From positions 620,001 to 684,000 of the forward strand of contig OZ025655.1 of the NCBI GenBank assembly GCA_964019335.1: a stretch of DNA of 64,000 bases, written 5' to 3'. Below are positions 55,036-62,954 of the stretch, piece by piece. The position numbers and the translations under genes were made by a program. The stretch comes from Diplonema japonicum. Taxonomy: Eukaryota > Protista > Euglenozoa: Diplonemea. The first letter of the stretch is position 1; each line of letters begins with the position of its first letter. The notes below the pieces were generated by a model. That model searched no databases, was not told where the DNA came from, and saw only the letters and a list, made by a program, of their open reading frames with translations.

Positions 55036-55818
55036 TCAACGAGCGCCTAGGGCACCGCGACCGCCATCAATACGGACCGACTCGCCTGTGATGAAGGCAG
55101 CTTGGTCAGACGCGAGGAAGGCGATTAAGTAAGCAACCTCCAAGGGTGTGGCGACACGACCCTCCGCCTTTGCAAGGGGATGGGTCACATCCACTGAACG
55201 TTTAAGGAAGGCAGCGTACTGAACATCGTCCAGCCCACCGCGTTTCTGGAGCTCCGTGACGACGACGCCAGGGTTCACTGCGTTGACGCGGATGCCATGT
55301 TCTGCAAGGTCAAGAGCAGCACATTTGGTGAGCATCTCTGTGGCTGCCTTTGAAGTGCAGTACGAGGCAGTTCCTCCAAAGGACTGCACACCGTTCACAC
55401 TGGAGACGTTCACGATGGACGGCTTCCTCCCCTGTGTGTACCCTGCCTTCATGTAGGGGACACTGTGTTGCATCATCTCGAATACACCTTTTGTGTTTGT
55501 GTTGAAGTTTTCCATCAGGTTCTTAACGTCGCAGGCGTCTGTTCCGAAGGCGGCGCCCTTTAGAACACCAGCGCAGTTTACTAGTACATCCAAGCCGCCT
55601 AGTTCTTCCCCTGCTTCTTTGACTACTCTCTCGCAGACTCCTTCGACGGCCACGTCGCCTTGGTAGATGTTGCACCCCAACGCTTTCAATTCATCCAGTT
55701 TCTTGACGTTTCGCCCCACAGCAGCGACGCTTGCTCCTTCCTTTAAGAAATGCCCGACAGTTGCCTCGCCTATCCCGCTTGTCGCACCTGTAATCAGTGC
55801 TAGCTTCCCGCGGAGCAT
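55036..55818 (-). CDS. Classical short-chain dehydrogenase/reductase (SDR)
   Basis: TGATSGIG, VNCAG, NVSS, catalytic YCTSK, IRVNAVNPG and ITGESVRIDGG motifs. Confidence 0.9.
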   Translation of the reverse strand: MLRGKLALITGATSGIGEATVGHFLKEGASVAAVGRNVKKLDELKALGCNIYQGDVAVEGVCERVVKEAGEELGGLDVLVNCAGVLKGAAFGTDACDVKNLMENFNTNTKGVFEMMQHSVPYMKAGYTQGRKPSIVNVSSVNGVQSFGGTASYCTSKAATEMLTKCAALDLAEHGIRVNAVNPGVVVTELQKRGGLDDVQYAAFLKRSVDVTHPLAKAEGRVATPLEVAYLIAFLASDQAAFITGESVRIDGGRGALGAR

Positions 55819-55916
55819 TTTTTTTTTTTTTTTTTTTTTTTTTCCCCGTCTCGAAAAAAAAAATTTACTTTTTTTATTAAAAATAAAAAGATAACTTACT
55901 AATAAGACAGGAAATG

Positions 55917-55953
<37 letters not shown>

Positions 55954-57002
55954 CCCGATCCTCTTTTCTCCTCTTAGTGCTTTTAAAAGGGGAATTGAGA
56001 CTATAACATGTATGGTTCAGACGTCTTTAGAAAAGAAAATGAAGAAGAAAAAAAAAATTGTAGGGAAAAACATGGGATATGATGGGTAGGATTAGGCGGC
56101 AGTTTTTTTTTCCCCCCTCTAAAATTACTCCACGAGAGTTCGGCGGGGTGGGGGGGGTTTTTTTTTTTCTTCCTCTCCCCCTTTTTTTTCCCTCCAACCC
56201 TCTCTAGAATCATGCGGCTTCGGATCCAATACCCCCTCTTTTTTTTCACTTACAAGCAGAACAAAGCATAAAGGAAATTTTGGTGTATTTTTGCAAAACG
56301 TTCAAAATCAGAGCAACAATGACTCTGGGACGGCTTCGCATAGGCTTTCGGCTGATGCTTGAGGCGACATGTGTGTGGCAGAAAAAGAGGAAAGAAGCTC
56401 GAAACCCTTTTGTTTAGACAACGTCAAGAAATGAAGGAGAGAGAGAACAAAAACATTCGAACGACTTTTTTTTGTTTCCCTTTCCCCCCTCCTTCTTTTT
56501 TTTCTTTGATTTGAAATCACGCATTTACAAAAAAAAAAAGATAAAAAAGAAGAAGGGAATCAGATAATTTGTATGCATAAACCCTTCAACACGTTAGATG
56601 CCTTTATTATTTTTCCCCCTTGGTTTTTTTTTTTTTTTTTTTTTTTTTCCAAAAACCAAAAAAAAAAGCCCACTTTTTGGAGAAAGTGTCAGCAACCCGC
56701 AGCGGCGTGACTACTACTCCTTTCTGGAAAAAGGAAAGAAAAAAAAAAAGAAAAAAAAAACAAGAAGGATAACAAAAACAACAAAAAAAAAAAAAAAAAA
56801 AAAAAAAAAGACGTTAAGGTTTGGAATAATATAAATATTATCAAAGGGGGCTCGAGAAAACAAAAAAAAAAAAAAAGGAGAGAGAAAAAAAAAAAAACAA
56901 TGAAGTTCTTCTTTTCCTCAAAAAAAAAAAAAAAATTGGGAAAGGCGAGAGATAGAGAGAGCCAAGAAGAAACCTTTACTAAAAAAAAAAAAAAAAAAAT
57001 CA

Positions 57003-58574
57003 TCACGGACAGGACTCGCCAGCACACTTGAACCACATACGCAGCTTGTTGTGAAGAGCTTGGATGGTGCCAGGGTTGGCTTTCAAGGTACTGTTGTAGA
57101 TGTTGTCCATCTGCCAAGGATCGTTGCTCACATTGTAGTACTCATAGAAATCGATGTTGTCGAAAACTGTTTCGCCTGTTGCCGTAGTTTGGAACTCCGA
57201 GTAGAGCGTGTCTCCAAACTCCCCGTTCAGGTGCCTGATTCCAATGTAGTTGTTCGATGCATCTTCGATATTGTAACAGTTCGGAATGCACTTCGTGTTG
57301 TTGTCATTATAGTAATACTCAATAAACATGGAGTCCCTCCACCCCGCAGTGTACTCGGGCACGTCAAACCCATCAAGGTGTTTTTTCGTAGCAGGCATCA
57401 ATTTATCCTTTTCATGCAAAATAAAGGGTAAAATCGATTTCCCGTCCATATTCGCCGGTTTTGGCAACCCTGCCAACCCTAACCAAGTAGGTGCCAGATC
57501 CACCTGACTTCCAAGTGTTTCAAAGGTACTACCCGCTGTAATACCAGGACCTCTCACCAGAAGGTGGATTCTAATGTCGAATTCATATACATGACGTTTG
57601 TCGAAAGGGAGGTTGAACTCCCCCAGCTGGAAGCCATGGTCGGACGAGTAGAAGAAGTACGTTTTGTCCATGATACCCAGGTCTTCACACAGTGCCATGG
57701 TGTCTTTGATGACGTCATCGACAGACATCAAGGTACGCCATCTGTCTTGGAACACTTGTGTGATCTTTGCGGAGGCGCCTTCTGTGATCATGGGTTCTGT
57801 CCTGATGGTGTAGTGGTGGTCAGCACGCGACTCAAACGAACAATTCCATGACACAGGGCGGGGTTCATGAGGCGGCCATGCAGGGTCCCAATGGTCTGCG
57901 TACCACGGTGCGGGTGTGAACGGCTCATGACACGCCTTTGGTGCAATGTACGCGAAGAACGGTTTCGGTCCGTTCGCAACACGTTTAATCCACGCGTTCG
58001 ACACATTGCCCACGACGGACGTCGTGTAGTTGTCGGGGCCGCCGTGCCACATTCCGTCTGCGAACCCTTCAACACCCTCCACCGCGAACGATGGGGAAAA
58101 GTAATCCCCACCACCATTCGCGAAGTAAGCATCGAACCCTTCCGGAGCCTTATCCGGACATGAGTTCAAATACTTCCCGAAGATGCCCACCGTGTACCCC
58201 GCACCCTCTTTTAGAACCTTCGCCATCGTTGCATTGTTCACAAGATCTTCATCAACATGCATGCAGCAGGAAGGTGCGGCGTGCCCATTGGGGCAAAGAC
58301 CCTCCTTCTTGATGTTGTGGAAGTATCTCCCTGATACAAGCTCAGACCTGCTAGGGCAGCAGATGGGCGTGTGGATGAACCAGTTTGTTGCCATCGCACC
58401 CTTTTCAACAAGCTCCTTCTGTGCCACAGGCATGGGGCCCACACCGTTGTGCATGGGGAACGACCCACCTAGCTTCTGGTCTTGGTCATCCGTGAGGAAG
58501 AAGACTATGTTTGGTTTTTCGGGCTGAGCAGCGCAGAGCAGCGCGCCTGCAAGGATTAAGGCCCCTGCTTTCAT
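57003..58574 (-). CDS. Secreted/lysosomal formylglycine-dependent sulfatase, N-acetylglucosamine-6-sulfatase-like
   Basis: Signal peptide; PNIVFFLTDDQD; CCPSRSELVSG (CxPxR); GKYLN; SSDHGFQLGE; YEFDIRIHLLVRGPGI; DPWQMDN. Confidence 0.9.
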   Translation of the reverse strand: MKAGALILAGALLCAAQPEKPNIVFFLTDDQDQKLGGSFPMHNGVGPMPVAQKELVEKGAMATNWFIHTPICCPSRSELVSGRYFHNIKKEGLCPNGHAAPSCCMHVDEDLVNNATMAKVLKEGAGYTVGIFGKYLNSCPDKAPEGFDAYFANGGGDYFSPSFAVEGVEGFADGMWHGGPDNYTTSVVGNVSNAWIKRVANGPKPFFAYIAPKACHEPFTPAPWYADHWDPAWPPHEPRPVSWNCSFESRADHHYTIRTEPMITEGASAKITQVFQDRWRTLMSVDDVIKDTMALCEDLGIMDKTYFFYSSDHGFQLGEFNLPFDKRHVYEFDIRIHLLVRGPGITAGSTFETLGSQVDLAPTWLGLAGLPKPANMDGKSILPFILHEKDKLMPATKKHLDGFDVPEYTAGWRDSMFIEYYYNDNNTKCIPNCYNIEDASNNYIGIRHLNGEFGDTLYSEFQTTATGETVFDNIDFYEYYNVSNDPWQMDNIYNSTLKANPGTIQALHNKLRMWFKCAGESCP

Positions 58575-58665
58575 TTTTTTTTTTTTTTTTGTAGTTCTGA
58601 ACGGTGATGCGTTTGCGGTCTGATTACATAAAAAAAAGGGGGGTGGAGGAGCAAGACTGCGTTAC

Positions 58666-58699
<34 letters not shown>

Positions 58700-58795
58700 G
58701 ATACCCCTTCCCTACTCACCACGGTTCTACCATTTTTTTTTTCTTATGAAACAAATAAAATCAAAATAATATAACACACCCCCCTCCTTCCTCAC

Positions 58796-59689
58796 TCAGG
58801 CCATGTTCACTTGCAGCCCCAACTTGGGTACGGGCATCGCACCGTTAGCGAAGAATACGTCTAAGGAGCCCGAGTATGACTTGGAAGTGAAGAAAGTAGA
58901 GCCTTGTATGCCCAGCGTGCAGTGTTGAGGTGAGAGGGTCGAACGTAGACAGACAGTGCTAGGAGGGGAAATGTAAGGCGGGGGAAAGCCAAGGCCCACA
59001 GAGATCTCAGGCTTGGTAACAGAGGGATAGAGAATCGCAGCAGTAAACTTCTTGAAAGACAACATGGCAGCAGTGGAATAAGGTGGCAAGAGCGACACGA
59101 CAGCGTTGGCTGACTGCACTCCTAAGCACCTGCTGAGGAAGCCTAATTCCTTACCATGTCCTTCATAATGCACGTTAAGTTCTTCTAAAGAGTTGCTATG
59201 GGCTGCAGCGGCAGAGACCAATAATGTGCCTTTTGTGAAGAATTTGAATAGGTAAGATAACGACAGTGCATTTAAACCTTCGAAAACAGCGCCTGATTCG
59301 GTCAGACCACCTCTCCAATGGCAGCCAAGGGACCCGCCGAGAAATTTTAAAACGGTGGTGGAAGACGGGAGTTGTTTTGATGACTCCCATCCGATGCTGT
59401 TTACAAGAGCGCCCCTTGGGAGGTTCAACTTCACAATAGTCCTTCCAGAGAATCCTTGTGATGAGCCTAACCCCTGGGTAACTGTGCTCCATCGGTTGCT
59501 GCTCCGACCGGAGTCCACTCTAAAACCAACCACCGGACCTTCCCTCCCGCTTCCCAGTGCGACTTCTAACGGTACTCCCTTCCATTGCCATCCTAAACTA
59601 GCTATATCAAGACCCGCCTCAGCATCAGGTGTCGGTTTCACCATTTGAGCTACCTTACCCACACTGTCTTCCATTTCTGGTAGGCTCAT
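58796..59689 (-). CDS. Putative divergent mitochondrial outer-membrane beta-barrel (VDAC/Tom40 superfamily-like, 297 aa)
   Basis: About 300 aa, Gly/Ser-rich with alternating-hydrophobic segments and no obvious TM helix. The C-terminus PKLGLQVNMA fits the beta-signal polar-x-G-x-x-hydrophobic-x-hydrophobic. Confidence 0.5.
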   Translation of the reverse strand: MSLPEMEDSVGKVAQMVKPTPDAEAGLDIASLGWQWKGVPLEVALGSGREGPVVGFRVDSGRSSNRWSTVTQGLGSSQGFSGRTIVKLNLPRGALVNSIGWESSKQLPSSTTVLKFLGGSLGCHWRGGLTESGAVFEGLNALSLSYLFKFFTKGTLLVSAAAAHSNSLEELNVHYEGHGKELGFLSRCLGVQSANAVVSLLPPYSTAAMLSFKKFTAAILYPSVTKPEISVGLGFPPPYISPPSTVCLRSTLSPQHCTLGIQGSTFFTSKSYSGSLDVFFANGAMPVPKLGLQVNMA

Positions 59690-60829
59690 TTTTTTTTTTT
59701 CCCCCTCCCCGTGGAATCCTTTGGAAGAAAAGTTTGGTGGTGGAAAACGAGGGGAAAAAAAATGGGGGAGAAAGGTATGAGGGAGGGGGGGAAAGGGAGG
59801 AATGAAAGACACCCTCGTGCGGTCTTTTATTTTGTTTTATTTTTTTTTCTTTTTAATTCTTTTTTTTTTCTCTTACGTGTATCGTTATGTTTTTTTTTTT
59901 TTAAAGAGTTTTTTTTTTTTCTTTTTTTTCTTTCATAGTTGGTTTTTAAAAGAGAACAGCAAGGTGGTCTTTATCCAAGGAGATAAAGAAAAAAAAATAA
60001 GAAAAAGGGAAGGCGAGAGGGAGGGAACAAGAATGGAAAAAAAAAATAAAAAAATAAAGAAAAATTTGGATTTTTCAAAAAATAAAAAAAATAAAACAGG
60101 GGATTTGCGAATAGCAAGGTAAATTCGAACTTTCCCTTCTTCTCAAAAGAAGTATTGTGTAAAAAGTTGTTGGTTTTTTTTTTTTTTTCCCCCTTCTTTT
60201 CCCTTTTTTTTTTTTTTTTTTTTTCCGCTCTTCTTTTTTCTTTTTGAAAAAGGGGTTCCAAGCCGCGGCATGTATCAAACACGCCCCTTAAAGGGGAGCA
60301 CTCACCTCCAGTACTGCGATTGCCTTGAGCAACCCATTGCGCTGGAGGCAATTCCAATAAACTAGACCAACAGGTGGTCCGTCATAAATATTACGAAAAA
60401 AAAGGGGGGGGTAACGTTGTGAGTGCAGCGTGCAATCTACAACGATGGGGGGAAACAGCCCCCCATCAAAAGAAAAGTTTTTTTTTATAACACAGTAATA
60501 AAGATAAACCATCTTGAATAACAGCTTCTTTCTTTCTTTTTTCCTCTCTCTCTCTCAACTCTGTTGGTGGCTAAGACGTTGCTATTTTAGTATTCTCTCT
60601 TCCTCTTTTTTTTTTTAAAAAAAAAATTTTTTTTTATAAACACTTCAACCTTCAACTCGCTGGGGTGAATGCCCGTTGCAAGAAAGGGAAGCAGGGTCGA
60701 TAAACAATAAAAAGAAAAGGTAAACCAGGAATTCGGTATTTCCTTTTTCTTTCTTTCTTTTTTCGTCTTTTCTTCTCGTTTTCTTTTTCCTTTTCTTCCA
60801 AAAAAGCCATTTGCAATCATATTCCAAGA

Positions 60830-62779
60830 TCAGACTACCCTCTTGAGGAGGTCAACTGGCTGGCCTGTGGAGGACTCTGCGACCTCCGAGTAGTCTCTGT
60901 ACTTCGGGAGGATGCGCTGGGGGAGCTTCATGGCGTCCCTGCGGAAGGGGTCACCGAGCTCCCTGGTGGTGTGGACGTCGATGACGGTGGTGACGCCGTC
61001 CTTCATCTGGGAGTCGACAGCGGAGCGGAGGGCGTCGCCCACCTGGTCCAGGGAGGAGACGGTGATCCCGCGGCACCCCATCGCCTCCGCGATCCCTGCG
61101 AACCCTGTCTCCGGGTTCACGAGGTTCGTCCCGACGTAGCGGTCCCCGAACCACAGCACCTGGTTCTTCTTCTCCGCGCCCCACTGCTGGTTGTTGAAGG
61201 TGACCACGGTGGTGGGGATCCCCTCCCTCGCGCACGTCAGCAGCTCCATCAAGGACATCCCGAAGGCTCCGTCCCCGACGTAGGCGACAGCCGGCCTCTC
61301 CGGACACCCCACCTTCGCCCCTATCGCCGCCGGGAAGGCGTACCCGCAGTTCCCGAAGGTCAGCGCCGCAAGGTAGCTGCGCGGCTGCTCGAACCGCAGG
61401 TACCCGTTCGACACCGAGCACGTGTTCCCGATGTCCGTCGCCACGATCGCGTCCCGAGGCATCGCCTTCTCCAGCTCCCACAGCACCTTCCTCGGAACGA
61501 GCCTCCCGCCGCTGGTCTCGCAAGCCTCCACGTTCGCCTCCGCCATCGCCTCCAGCTCCGTCGTCCAAGCCGCCCGGTGCTCCTCCATCCTGGCCAGTCG
61601 GCTCTTCGTGTTCTGCTGGAAGGGCGGGGCCGCCGTCCCCGCCTGCAGCCTCTTCAATAGCGCCGTGCAGAAGAGCCCCGCGTCCCCGCACACCCCGACA
61701 TCCACCTCCTTCACCCTCCCCACCTTCTTCGCGTCCACGTCCACCTGCACAACCTTCGCCCCCTCCGGCCAGTAGTCCATCCCGTACTGCGGGTTCGTCC
61801 CGAAGGGTCCCAGCCGCGTCCCGATCGCCAGCACCACGTCCGCCTCCTTCACGCAGTTCATCGCCGTCTTGTGCCCGCAGTAGCCGAGCGGCCCGCACCA
61901 CAGGGGGCTCCTCTTGTCGAACGCGTCGTTGTGCAGGTACGTCGTCGCCACCGGCACCTGCAGGTAGTCCGCCAGCTCCCGAGCCGCCGCGAACCCCGTC
62001 TCCGACATCACCACCCCTCCCCCGACCACCATCACAGGGTTCGAAGCTCCTTCCACCAGGCGTGCCGCTTCCTCGATTCCCCTTTCTCCTCCTGCTGAGA
62101 GTTCAGGGATGTTGATCTTTGGGATCTTAACCTGTGTTTGTTTGTTTGTTTCTTTCTTTCTTTCTTTCCTTCCTTCTTATTTTCTCTCCCACACACAAAC
62201 CTTGTTCTCACCATAAAAGTAATCTCTGGGGATGTTGAGCTGGATTGGACCTCCCTCCCTCACAGCGCTGTCGAAGGCGTAGCCAGTGAGCTCAGCCATC
62301 CTCGCAGGGTGCACCACGTGTACCTGCTCCTTCGTGATGGTCTCGAAGATAGGGAGCTGTTCCACCTCCTGGAAGCCCCCCAACCCTTTCGTGCTGGTTG
62401 CGGCCTCGGGGGTGATCGCCACCACGGGGCTCCCGGTGTAGTACGCCGCTGCAACCCCTGTCACGAAGTTCGTGATCCCGGGACCGTTCTGCGCGATGCA
62501 CACCCCGTGCTTCCCCGTCACGCGGGCGTACCCGTCCGCCATGTGCGCCGCCCCTTGCTCGTGCTGCACAGACAGGAATCGGATCCCCGCAGCGGGGAAC
62601 AGGTCCAAGGCGTCCATGAAGGCCGACCCCACGATCCCGAACACTGTGTCTACCCCTCGCGACGCGAGCGTCTCCACGAACGCCTCAGAGTTCGACATCA
62701 ACGTCGCCTCAGACGACCCAGCCCACCGGCGGCCCCTCAAGGTCTGAGCTGCACTCGCGGTTCTGGCGTAGCGTTGCAT
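60830..62779 (-). CDS. xsc: Sulfoacetaldehyde acetyltransferase (ThDP-dependent, desulfonating) with N-terminal mitochondrial-type presequence (626 aa; intron 62132-62200)
   Basis: Xsc-specific motifs SEAFVETL...FGIVGSAFMDALD, GLGGFQEVEQLP, GPIQLNIPRDYFYGE, TDIGNTCSVSNGYLRFE, FGNCGYAFP, GDGAFGMS...NNQQWGAEKKNQV and ELGDPFRRDA. A 69-nt GT..ACAG intron joins GENK|VKIPK in frame. Leader is MQRYARTASAAQTLRGRRWAGS. Confidence 0.9.
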
Positions 62780-62954
62780 TGTTTTTTTGTTTTTGTTTTC
62801 TGCTCCCCTTTTTTTTCTCCCTTTTTGTGTGTGGAAACCTGAAGGGGGTAAAATAAAAGATAATACAGGGGTTAAAAAATCGAAAAACAAATAGGTGACC
62901 ACCTTAAAGAAAAGCATAATAATGTATACAAGCACAAGCCGGAAGGTTAATGCA

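Noticed and set aside
60298-60395. Call as U1 snRNA (ACTCACCT...CCATTGCGCT on the plus strand)
   Set aside because: There is no U1-70K loop or Sm site and the 5' arm would be sequestered in a stem. It is kept only as an unassigned structured-RNA candidate.
60951-61901. 316-aa Gly/Arg-rich alternative-frame ORF inside xsc
   Set aside because: It is explained by extreme GC3 removing stop codons in the shifted frame.
60830-62779. Annotation as acetolactate synthase or as bacterial contamination
   Set aside because: Xsc-specific motifs (GSAFMD, PRDYFYGE, WGAEKKNQ, LGDPFRRDA) argue against AHAS. The intron, presequence and host-type flanks argue against contamination.
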